Source: Rhizaria sp. SCN 62-66 (lineage: Eukaryota). Taken from it: a stretch of DNA of 41,020 nucleotides. Where the stretch lies: assembly GCA_001724265.1 (NCBI GenBank), contig MEDY01000279.1:1-41020 (forward strand). The letters run 5' to 3'. Position 1 is the first letter of the stretch. Each line of letters opens with the position of its first letter. Of the stretch, positions 10,401 through 21,786 are shown piece by piece. The notes under the pieces are model-generated. The model did not search any database and was not told the DNA's origin. It saw only the letters and a program-made list of their open reading frames with translations. The position numbers were made by a program, and so were the translations under genes.

Positions 10401-13400
10401 AACTAACAAAGAGGGGCGTGACCACATTCTTGGCTGCCGCGCTCGAGTTGGTCCGAGCGGTGGCATACTGCAGCAATACAGGAATGCGCGTTTGCAGAGA
10501 GGATGAGACATAAAACGTGGGACCACCGGGGACGGAGATGGTCGGCATCGGCATCTCCAGCATCACGACGGTTGTACTCACACTCACCGTGGTATCGTTG
10601 TACCAGGGTTTGACAGTAAGGCGCAAGGTGTAGTTGTACCCCGCGGGGAAGAACGACGCAGGCACGTTGAGCACGGGCATGTACGACGGCGAACTCGTGG
10701 CGCCATAACTCGCTGAGACAACAGTCTGCGCAGTCACCAGCGTGTTAAACGAATTGCGCAGCGTCGTGAGATTCAGCGTCGGCAGAGTGCTCGAGGCAAT
10801 GGCCCACGTATAGTTGAACGCACGGCCACCACCACCGGTGCTGCGGAGCGACGAAACAAGGAAGGCAGCGTCGAGGCCGACCACCGACGGCGTGTCAAGC
10901 AGGGGCACGATGGCAGCGGGCGCGGTGCTCATCGCGACCACGGGCGTCTCTTCTTGGTTGTACATCTCAGCGCGGTCGGCCTCGCCGAGCGTGCGGATGC
11001 GCGCGCCACGAACGGTAATGGTAGTGTTCACGCCTAATGAGAAGTCACGGCCGAGTTTGACACGCAGTGTGCGCGCATTGCGCCACGAGCACGTGGGCGA
11101 CTGTCCGAAGCGGTTGACGGTCGACGTCGGGAAGAAATAGGAGCAAGCGCCGGTGCCACCGGTGGCTGCAGGCTGGTTGGTGTCTTTGTTGAAGATAATT
11201 TGCACCGAGGCCATCGAGTTGGAAAAGCGCGCGACAGTGATCTGCGGGAACGGCGGCTCGCAGATCGCGGGGTCAGTGCAGACCGTGCAAACAGGGCGTG
11301 CCTGCCACCCCGTCGCGGAGCAGCCAAACTGCGCATACGTGAGCTTCGTGTTTTGAATGTAAAAGTGCTGGTTGCATTGCACGCGCGCATAAGAACCAGC
11401 AATCGTGTTGCTGTACGTCACGACGCCGTTGGTGATGTTGGGAGGAACACCGCAGTCGTAAGACGACACGCAAGGGCGCGACGTTGCCGTGCGTTCCTCA
11501 TCCACGGGGAGCCAAATCGCGGACTTCTCATCCGTACCACAGTAGAACTGGATCGGGTTCGTCTGCGACGGGTCGCCGGGGTACGCCGGCAAGGGGTCGA
11601 AGCCCTGTGCACAGCGGCACGTCATTGTCGATTCCTGAATGAACGTCTCGTCCGTCGCCGTGAGCGGAGTATCACCGTACTTGTGCGAGCACGAGTAGGA
11701 CACCCACTGCGGATTATCGCAGCGCGTGGAGCGGCACACCAACGTGTTACTGAAGGTCTCTGTGTCGATACATTCAGCCCATGACGCATCTTCGTTAGCA
11801 ACGTACTGATCGTCGCACTCGACGTAGATAGAAGAACCCTTGTAAACAGTCGTTTCCGTGGGACCCGAGCCCTCACGGATAGCGCGGCCGTTGGCAATCG
11901 TGGGCAGAGTGCACGTGGGCAGCATAGCGCACAACGGGAGCGTGACATTCGTCGACGCAATCCAACCGTTGTCAGTGCACGTGAGATCGTACGTCTGTTG
12001 ACTCTCGATCTTAGCGACATAGGGGTACTCGCAGTAATACATGGCGGTCGTGTTGCGAGAGTACGTGCCGTTGGCGTTAAGTGACGCGGCCTGCTGGTTG
12101 TAAGAGTAACCCACCGAGTCCGACACGTCCGGCTGCAGCGGGTTACACGGCGTCACAGCGCGGCAGAGTGTGCTGTCGAGCACATCAAGATCACCGGTGC
12201 TTGTGTCCAACACTGTGAACACGTTCATCGCGTCGCCGCCGTCGATTCCACTCTTCATCTCCAGCGCGACCGCGTTGGGGTAGAGATTTCCCTTGACGTC
12301 GAGGTGTGAGTCCCCGTCCTCGTTGAGACGCCAGATCATCGTGCCTTCTTCACCGCGCATGCAGTTGAAATAGACAAAAGTCGTCTCCGCACTGCCTGCA
12401 TAGCCGTCAGCGCACGTGCACTCAGCAGTCGACTCGTAGGTCGGCATTGAAATGACCGCGTCATCCAGCCGGTAGGTGCACTGAAAGCCAGCCACCTCGA
12501 TCAGGTCGCAGGACTTCTCCACGCATTCCACGGGAGGCTCGAAGCCCTTGACTGTGCACACGGACGTATCGGTGGACGCGGACGGCTTGTAGTATTCAGC
12601 ACACGTGACACGGATCGTGTCGCCAGTGTAGATAATCTCGAGTCCCGCAGTAGAGGCGGTGGTACCGTACGCGATGTCGGGCAGGTCACACGTCGGCATC
12701 AGCTGGCAGTGCGAGTCGATATTAAACGGACCCGCCGGATCCCAGCCCCAGTTCTGGCACTCGAAGTTCGCCGTGCGCACGTTAGAGTTGATGGGCTCAG
12801 TCGGGTACGCGCAGCCGACCATCGCGGTCGTGCCGACAGGGTACGCACCAGTGCCCGGGCTCGCCGACGCCGTGTACGAGAGCGTTTGATTAAACTCACC
12901 CGACTCGCTGTAGACTTCGAAGTCGAGGCAGGGCACGCGCAGAGCGCAGTCGTTCGCTGCCTGCGACTGCGAGGCTGCTGCCCAGGAGTAGGGCAGCTCG
13001 CCGAGGTCAGAGCAGATATACTGCAGCGGGGACGAGTCGGCAGCGCCGTAGTAGGTGGGCGAGCACGTGCACACGGCGCGGTAGCCGGGGTCGTAGCGCG
13101 TGGTGTTGGCGGCGACAGGCTGGCCGTTGGTGCCCAGATACGAGCACGAGAGCGACTCCTCCGACTTGGGCAGGCACCGGGCCTCGCCGCATGTGACGGT
13201 AGACCACAATCCGTTGGCGGCGCAGGTGGAGGTGCTGATACTGTTGACGGGCAGGTAGCTCGTGTCGCAGGTCACGGTGGCATTGCTGCCGAGTGCGCGG
13301 CCACTGGTGTAGGCCGAGGTGCCGTGGGCCACGACGAGCGAGCCACAGAGCGTGGACACGCACTTGAAGCTGCTGATGTTGTACGTCGAAGAAGCAACCC

Positions 13401-16400
13401 AGGTAAAGACGTTAGTGCTCTGCTGCACGCACGTGAAAGAGAGAGAGTTGGGTGCGTTGCCACTCGGCGACAGTCCAGCATTGCAAGCCGTGGTCGAGAT
13501 CGTACCAGCAGGCAGCAACACCGACACGGGGCTCAGCGTAACACCCGAAGCGTCAGTGTAGACGTAGCCGTAGTTGTCGTCCGTGGGTACGGTTCTCGGG
13601 ATACACGCCGTCTGCGGCTCGCACGACAGCGTCTGGCTCAGCAGGCCCGTCTCGAGACACGTCGCCGTGGCGACGCCGGCGGTGGGCTGGTACTGGGATG
13701 CGCACGTCAGCGTAACCGTCTCGTCGCGGTAGGCCAGCGAGGTCGACGTGACGCCGTTGGTGACAGCAGGCACGCTGCACGAAGGAACGTCCTTGCAGAG
13801 CTGGATGTTGGAGGGCAAAAGTTCGGACCAGTCATTTGCCGAGCACGTCGCGGTCTGCGTCGTGATGGCGCTGTTGATGGGCTCCTGGGGGAACTTGCAC
13901 TTGCGCGTCAGAGCGGTGCCGGATGGGTAGCCGCCAGCGGAATCGACCGACACGGAAATGCCTTGGTACGTGTACACATCATCGTACGCACCTGTAAACG
14001 GAAGGCAGTGCGCGGATTGCGCGTTACAAGTGACGATAGGGTACCACGTGCCGTCTTCCTGGCATGTCGGTTGTTCGTCCGACGAAAGGTTGTAGGTATC
14101 AATGCACGAAAGGAGGACGGTTGAGGTCACTTCCTTGAAAGGGGCGGAGTAGCCGTCGACGATGGCGTAGTCCTGCTCATAGCCAGGGCACTTAGAGGCG
14201 ACGCAATTGAAGGACGTCGGGTCGGTGATGCGCTGATCGGGAGACACCCAAAGAAAGTTCGAGCTGCACGTCGCTGTGAAGTGGTCGGGCAGCAGCACCG
14301 ACGAGGAGGATGTGCCAGTGGGACAAACCACGGACATAGTGGTGCCGACAGGATGCAAGAACGTCGTCGAATTGCTGCTGTACGTCACGGTCGCGCTCGT
14401 GTCAAGTGCGTAACAGTGGGTTTGCGTCACGCACGAGAGGGTGACGTCGAGACCCTTAGAGTCACAGTTCGCGGTTCGAATGGCGTTGGTCTGTTCATAG
14501 CCGATGGGGCAGAAGATGTCGACGGAACCACCATACCAGACCTGAGACGGCACGTAGTCGCCAATGCCGTCGAGCGAGGGCAGAGTGCATTCGCCGCGGT
14601 ACACGCAGAAGTTTTCAACGTCAAACTCGGTGTCCTTCCAGCCGTACTTCTCGCAAGTCGTCGTGCGCGACGGCACCGATGCGTTGGCGGGCTGAAACGG
14701 GTACGAGTCGCATCGACGCGTCACAACAGTGCCAACGGGCAGCACAGCGCCCTCAACGGGGTTGTAAACGGTGCCGTTGTACGTATACACGACGTCAATG
14801 ACGTTCTCGGAGAATTGCTCGCACGACATCGTGGGCTGACAGAAGGCGTCGGCGTTGAACTCCTGCCACTGCCCGACTGAGTTGTTCTCAGACTCGCAGG
14901 TGGTCGTAAACGTCTGGTCATTTGTGATGGGCCACCATTCGTTCGCGGCGTTGCAGGCACACGTCGCCAGAGTCGCCGGTGCGTACAGTCCCTGGCTCGC
15001 CGTAGTAGCGTACGAGCACACCAGCGATTCGAACGTGATTGGCTCGCAGTACGTGCGCACGCACTCATACGTCGGGTCCCAGGCGTGTGTCTCAACCGTG
15101 CACTCATGCTCAGTCTCGATACCGCTGTAGGCCGCATTGCACGTGATAGTCGCGACACCGGTGTCGAACTTGCCCAGCTCGTCGTACGCCACAGTACCCG
15201 TCTCACCAAGCATGATCGATGGACAGTCGGTGGCCTCGCACGCAAAAGAGACGTTGGTGATAAGGGTGTTGGGTGCAACGACTTGCCAGTCATAGTTATC
15301 GACAGCATCCTTAACGCACCTGAGCTGAATCAAATCGGGGTACGACTTGATACCAGAGAGACCTGAAGCACACTCAAGCGTAGTAACTGCGTCAACGGAA
15401 TAAATAGGACCGGTCAGTGGTGCGTTTGTTTCGCCGTCAAGAATCGTGATTGTAAACGACTCATCTGGATCGATAGGGTCACGGCAACCTGACTGAGTGA
15501 CGCAGGCAGGCGCAACCTCGAAAGACCCAGTCCCAGTACACATGACCTTAGAGAGGCCATCACGGGGCTCCTAGCCGTCGCCACAGGTATACGTCAAAAA
15601 GTCGTCCTCGACAACTTCCTGACCAACATTAGGGACAGACGTGACGGCGTAAGCGAGGTCGATCGGCACGATGCACTTCGCGCGCGCGACGCATATAGGT
15701 GTCGTGAACGTGGAGGCACCGTTGAACAAACCAGTCTCAGGATCACACACGGCCTCCGGAGCCGACTGTGCGGTCATTTTTCCAGTCGCAGTGCACACCA
15801 TGCGCACATGAACATTCGGGAAGTACAAAGTGGTCTGATCGTCAATCAAATCCTTTGTAACTTCAGATTGGTCCGTGTCGTCGATGCGGAAGTACGTGAG
15901 TGCGTGCAGGCCGTCGGTGGACGGGTAGCTACCCGTGGTCACGGCGTTACACTGGTGCACAACGCAGGGCTGCGCGGGGAGCGATACATCCCAGCCCGAC
16001 GCCGTGCACTTAGCCACGGAAGGCAGGCCGGTGACGAGGCCTGTGCCGGCCGCGCAGGAGAGTGCGAGTGTGGTGTCGACGAGGTTGTGCGTGGCGTTGG
16101 CAGCATCGTAAGCGACGCCGTTGACAGTGGCGATCACAACTTCGGCCCAGGGGAATGCGTCACAGTTGGTATTCTGACACGGCGTCGGATCGGCCGCGAT
16201 TGTGCCAGCCGTGCAGTAGCTGAAAGTGATGGGCGAAGAGACCTCAGGGTCAAGAACGGCGTTGCCTGTGCACGCGCACTCATAGCCGTGGCCCTCATAG
16301 AAGGTGACGGTCTGACTAGTGATGTCTTGGACAACCTGCGAAATGACGCACACGCCGTTGGTAATCTTGGGCAGCGCGGGGGCTGTGCACGCTGGAATGA

Positions 16401-19400
16401 GAACGCACTCGAATTGGTCTTGAACAGCCATTCCATTCATTTCCACTCCGGTACATTTGAAGACGCCGGTGGTAGAGCTCGCCCGCGGTTCGTACCCCGG
16501 CATACACTTGACATTCAGGGACTCACCGATCTCCATGTGGTAGTCGTTATTCGCGTCGAAGATTACGGTGCCGTTTGAGGTACCTGTGACTTGGAAGTGA
16601 AAGCTCTCGAGGAGCGCGGTCGTCACCGTACAGTAGTCCGAGTTGTCATCACACTCGGCGAGCGGATTCTCCATTAACCCACCAACCCATGCGTACGCTC
16701 CGTCGCAAGTAGCGGTAAAAAAGTCTGGATCTTCCATTTCCATGCGCTCCATCCACGTCGGACACATGAGCTCAACAACGGTGTTCTAGGCGTGGAAGCC
16801 CGCGAATGATGCGTTGGGATTGTACGTGTACAAAGCATCCACGGCGACAGGGAACGCTGCACAGCCGTTGACAACGCAGTTCGGGATGTTCTCCCAGCCG
16901 TCAGCGCCGCAAGTGAGAGTCTGATCACCGTTCGGGTCCGCGGTGACCATGCTGTTAGACACGCACGTGGCCACGCCTGTGGCGCCAACCTCAATGTAGC
17001 GCGCAGTCTCGTGGCTAACATTGTTCCACACGACAGTGAAGAGATCGAGCGCGAGATCGCTGCGACTGCACTTGGTACACTGCAGCTCGTTGCCTGTGAT
17101 CGTGCCGGTGTCGCTGTCGCAGACGAGCGTGCCCGTGTTGTCAACCGGGTACGAGCCCACGGGGCACTCCTGCACGCCGAGCGCGTCAACCGGCCACGGC
17201 GCATCCGAGGCGTTAGGAGGGTACGTAAAAGGAATAGTATCCGTAGTGGCCGTGAAGGCCGGGCACGAATCGGTGGCACAGCCGCCGATGATCTTGCCCT
17301 TCGTCGTGCAGTACACGGACACGTCGCCAGTGCCGCTCTCGTTCGGGTTGAAGGGGACGGAGCCGTCAGCACAAGACAAACCAGAGTAGGTCACACCATG
17401 TTCAAGAATGTTGGCAAACTTAGTGTTCTTGGGGATAGCAGAGTTAGCGGCGAGGTTCAAGCCCGAGGGGTAGCCGTCACGCAAATCACAAAGATATGCG
17501 GCGTCCTGACACTCAGAGAGCGAGAATGCGGGCGTCGTCGACCCAGGCACGGAGTCACCAGCTTTGTACCAGTCCCCGTTGAGACAGACCACTTGGCCAA
17601 CAGAGAGGCCACCGTCGAGGCATGCGACGTTCGACACCTCGCCGTGGTTGCGCGACACGACCATGAGCTCGGAGGCCGCGGCGTCAGCGTTGATGAGACT
17701 CGGCAAGGAGCCCGAGCAGGGCATGTATGCGGGCATGGTGAAGTCGTTGAGAGGCAGTATAAGCGTAACACCACCAACCACGAACGAGATCCAAGGCCGC
17801 ACGACAGAGCCACGACGGAAGGTCATGTCAAAGTCAAAAGTGGTCGAGCTCGAGAACACCGCGGCTGTTTGTTTGACCATGTTGGTAAGATAGAAATCGT
17901 AGGGGCCATTCAGTGTCGCCGTGATCAAAGCGCTGGCAAATGAAGTGGGCAAGTCGTCAGAGTACGAGTCCGACAGCTCAACGGTCATGCCCACCAGCCC
18001 CAACGGATACGAGAACAGCAGCGGGGCCGTAACGATGGGCACACGATACTTCATCGGAGGCAGCCGTGCGAACGAGCGGGACTGGAAGTTATCTTGGAAA
18101 GATTCGAGCACGACGAACGTGTCAAGCGTTGGCGCACGCTTTAGCGGAGGGAGAGTGCATTGAATGGTGAATGTGGACCATGAGTCAGTATGGATTTGAT
18201 TGAACATGGTGGAGCCTGGGACTTCGAAATTTCCACTAACAATGTTCCCGTCTGGAGAACTGAACATGGGATTGAAAGGCATCGAGTTAGAGTCATCGAC
18301 GGCATTCCAACGAGTGTCAAATGATACGTCACATGACACCTCAAAATCTATAATGGCTTCCGGCTCGGAGTTGACCATAAACGTGTCCTTATAGACATCC
18401 GGTAGCGTGATGATGAACGTGAGATCGCCAGATGTGTGATGGAACATCGGAAGCGTGAGAGTGAGTTTGTTCTGGACATAGTCTGAAGATGTGGCCACAT
18501 ACGGACCAGCAACAGGATGTAACATCGCGGTCGTCATCGGCGGCTCCACAGTAACTCCCTGATCCTCCGACTTGCCAATCGGGTAATAGAAACTCTCAGC
18601 AGCGACGAATGCGTCCATGGCGCCGTCGCTGTACTGCATCTGCAAGGCGAACGAGCTTGCATTGGTCGGGTACACGTAGCCGGTTCCGGTGAACTTAATG
18701 ACAAAGGTAAACGCAAACACGTTCTCCAGCTCCTCGAACGGTGCGAAAAGCGCGCCAGCGCATGCGAGAGTGTGCGAGCCTGCATCGTCGAGCCAAGGTC
18801 CGGGGACCTCGACCGTCAGCGGTTCCGTCGAGCCATCCGTATGGTGGAGAAACACCACGGAGTCGGGCGCGTACAGCCCTTGGTACACGAGCTTCATGCC
18901 GCTAAAACCGTTCGTGGCGACGTCGAAGGCAGTCTTGAGATTTGTGCGGAACATGATAGAAATCGCAACCGTGTGCGTCGTGTCGGTGTGCTGGACGTAG
19001 TGCGGCACCAGAGTGACTTCCGGCATCAGTGGCGCTGGCGTGATGTCAATCCCCGTGGGATTGTCGTCGCGTACCAGGGTGTAGGTCGCGGTCTCCATCG
19101 TCGCAGTTGGGCCGTCGATCTCGTTGGGGTTGGGGTACTCGGCCGAGATGCACACAACGTAGAAGAGCTCGTTATGGAGGTCCAACGGCATGGCGTCGAC
19201 GACATACGAGTAGGCCGTGCTCGTCGTCGTTGGCGTGGCGGTGGCTGTATTGTCCTGCGAGACCGCACCGGTGACAGTGCACGTCAGCTGCTGCCCCTCC
19301 GTGTCCTGCGTGAAGGACGACGGGGACGAGACCGTGAGGGGGTACGCAGTGGCGTCGAAAACCTTCGAGTCGAGTACGAGAACGTCGTAGTCAAGGCTTT

Positions 19401-21210
19401 CAATGCGCTGGCGAGCGAACACCGGCTTAGTTAGCAATACTGGATCGGCCGCAGCTGGGTCGTAAGCACGCACCCACGCGGAGTCGGCAGCGAAGCCGGT
19501 CTGGACCGAGAAGGGCAGGGCGTCCGAAGACGCGGGCACGAACGTCATCGTAAAAGCGGCCACCACTGTGGGCGGCGAGGTCGCGAAAGAGCATGCGACG
19601 ACGACGGGCAGGGAGTTGTACAGCGGAATGTCAAAATAAAGACCGCCTACGTCGTAAGTAACCGGGGTTTGGTTGTTAGGGCTCAGCGGAGACTGGTACT
19701 GGCAGGAAAAGCCATAGAGACCACCACCCGAAATATCCTGGTCCACAAACGCGTACACGCGTTCCACTATGCCGTCACCCTGCAGAACGAACTGCAGTCC
19801 CTCGTTCAAAGAGCCCATATCGCGCACAAACAGGTCACTGATGTACCGAATGCCGGTGGGCATAACGGCCACGGGGACCCCAGACATCATCACATAATCA
19901 TTGAATGGCGATGCATATCCCTTGTTGGTCTCGATATAGAGCGGCGTTGTGTGCATAACTGTACCACGGTCGTCAGCGGACACTTGGCTCGTGAAAGAGC
20001 AGTCAGCGATTATGATGGCGCGCGGCGTCGACGACACAAAGCGGCCTGCGGGGGCGTTAGGATAGCCCGCACGCGCGCCGGGCACGGTGAAGACGCAGCC
20101 CTCTGTATTCTGAAAAAAGACCGAGAACGTGGGCTGCTCCACTGCATCTGGCTCAACAGGGCTATAATCGTTGCTGAAAGCGAAAAAGTAACGGGCGCGG
20201 GTCAGCCCACCGATGTTGTAGAGGTAGAGCTCGTAGCCGCCCGTCTGGTCGAAGGCGATGATGGGGTTCACCATCGGCGCGACGACAAGCGCGGTCGCGA
20301 TCGCCGGGTGGCCCTGGAGAATAGGATAGAACAGAGTTGCAGTGACGGTGTGAGATGAGCAAGCGGGTTTTGCGGGAGTCAAGGTGGCGGTGAAACAAAG
20401 GCGACTAAACGAAACAACAGATAAAGCGGTGCTGTGTCCAACTCCTGTTCATGACCAGGAAGTATATGCTGACATACCGTGAGAGCCGCGACAAAGATGC
20501 TGGGCGGGAGGAAGGCGATGTCCATCGATAACAGCACGCCTTCAGGAAAGTACTCCATCCAGTTTGAAATACGGGTAAGAATCATCGTCACAGTCCACGT
20601 CGACGGGTCGTTGCACTCTTGCTCGCTCGACACAGCAAAGAGGTCTGCCATGGCTACCTAGGTACGGAGCGAACCCTGGCCAGAGAGAGTCAACTCCTGC
20701 GTGGAGTTGATTGCAGTGCAGCGGGTGAAGGTGAGAGCCACATCGACATCGAAAATCGTACTACCGACAACGCCACCAACGTTGACCACGAGGTCGCCTG
20801 TTGCGGTGGGAACATCAGCCCATGAGGCCGGGTAGGGGTAGGCAGCGGAGAAGCCTTTGAGCTTGATTTTGAAGCTACCAACTGAGTCGCTCGACTCATA
20901 GACCAAGCTGCTGGTCTCTGTGCCCATCAATACAGGCGACAGTGATACCTGAGAGGAGCCCGCAACTGTGGAAGCAATTGTGCATGGTTATATACATGAC
21001 AAACCAACAGCACGGGGGTGAATGAACAGTCGATGGAGGGAAGATGTGAACACGAGGGCAGTTTAAAGTGAAGCAGCTCACGGCGGAAGATCTCGTGGAA
21101 GATAATAAACGCATAGCGAGTCGTAAGAATGTCAGGTAGATGAGAAGAGACGTACCAAAAGCTACACATAGCGCTAGCACCGTGACAAAGAGTCTGTGGA
21201 GACCCAACAT
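4459..21210 (-). CDS. Giant polycystin-1/REJ-like adhesion receptor (~5465 aa): signal peptide, ~1000-aa beta-rich region, long sushi/CCP array, REJ, GAIN/GPS, 5 TM, low-complexity tail. Exons 21210-21156, 20965-20478, 20313-4459. Contains 3 in-frame TAGs.
   Basis: The spliced N-terminus MLGLHRLFVTVLALCVAFVAGSSQ is a signal peptide. ORFs 20658-20930 and 20379-20651 share a frame, as do 16786-20382, 15571-16767 and 4459-15543; each pair is separated only by a single TAG. CCP-like C..GY..C..W..C repeats, REJ motif NEPPSGGAC...CQQWSDED..PLRYLF, GPS CEYW...WSTDGC...CSCTHLTMF, PKD1-type HLWVSIF. Confidence 0.85.
6383..7395 (-). other. Five-helix transmembrane region resembling the PKD1 N-terminal TM domain, without PLAT
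   Basis: Hydrophobic segments PLIAICVWFVICAIFFVVAV, ALTACVLFLSGYFVNAMFY, FISISVISAAIMLPIGFILSLVF, LVGFIFLTMWVFFCIMMILVYG and ALDIFLLRMVSILAKTAIAIFLLSAIF. Confidence 0.75.
7489..7612 (-). other. GPS motif with intact HL|T autoproteolysis site
   Basis: VCEYWSP...WSTDGCKRV....TVCSCTHLTMF matches the GPS consensus. Confidence 0.9.
9230..10910 (-). other. REJ (PKD/REJ-like) module; boundaries approximate
   Basis: Ig-like repeats (FNYTW, LKPGYTYQFRVTV, SLDRD...YSWTC, LTAGVTYTF) followed by INEPPSGGAC...WSDED..PLRYLF...YDKYNA. Confidence 0.75.
11300..17700 (-). repeat. Array of roughly 30 divergent sushi/CCP-like Cys-rich modules; count and boundaries approximate
   Basis: Recurring ~60-70 aa units such as CGVPPNITNGVVTYSNTIAGSYARVQCNQHF...CSATGWQARPVC. 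The array continues across the TAGs at 15571 and 16786. Confidence 0.8.
20314..20477 (-). other. Intron 2 of the giant receptor CDS (164 nt, phase 0)
   Basis: ACG|GTATGT ... TCCTATTCTCCAG|GGC. Splicing resolves the frame difference between ORFs 20379-20651 and 16786-20382. Confidence 0.85.
20966..21155 (-). other. Intron 1 of the giant receptor CDS (190 nt, phase 1)
   Basis: TTTG|GTACGT ... CTTCCACAG|TTGCG joins the signal-peptide exon in frame to exon 2. Confidence 0.8.
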
Positions 21211-21237
21211 GGCACCGATTGTGTGTCAACAAGGCTT

Positions 21238-21481
21238 CTGCAAAGGGGGGTTGAGGCCAATCAAACTAGGATGCACACTGGGGTCAAGACAGACAATAGG
21301 AAATGTGTGAGACAAAAGGTACACCAGAGGCAACAGATGTTTCATAACAGGACGCAAAGCAAGATCAACAAACGACGGCAAAGGCACCATAATTGCTCTA
21401 AGAAGGAGCCTCTCCTCTTCTTCAACCAGCGTGCTTTGCTTGACCAGGACCGAAAAAAGAGCAAGATTGAAAAGATCGTAC
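21238..21481 (-). other. Probable 5'-UTR intron of the giant receptor gene (244 nt)
   Basis: CTG|GTACGA donor, pyrimidine-rich body, and CCCCCCTTTGCAG acceptor 27 nt before the ATG. Confidence 0.55.
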
Positions 21482-21786
21482 CAGTAGTGTAATAATAATG
21501 TGTATACATAGCACGTTTATTATATCCACACTTTAACAGTATGGAGAGATAATAAACACAATTGTGTAATTTATTCAACAACGGATGACCCTAGATTGAA
21601 CGAGGAACCTACTTGAACATCTCATTAAGACTCGTTGTTCAAACGGCTTCTGTCCATTTGGTGATCTCTACACGAGAGAGATGTTCAGGAAATCAAGTGG
21701 CGCAGGACACTCATGCGTTAGCTCTCTCACTGTGCCGTAAATCGCTCACATACATCTTTCTTGCGAGTTCGTGACAAGAGCTCGAC

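Noticed and set aside
15544-20700. Micro-introns removing the three TAGs, with TAG as the 3' splice site
   Set aside because: The nearby GTAY donors give 22-, 40- or 46-nt introns that shift the frame. Phase-0 GT codons upstream lack the GTAY consensus seen in the real introns, there is no pyrimidine or AT-rich tract, and a sushi cysteine would be deleted at 15571.
4459-20930. Separate tandem genes, as listed in the ORF track
   Set aside because: There are no AT-rich spacers, the ORFs share a frame across single TAGs, sushi modules span the junctions, and only the 21210 exon has a signal peptide.
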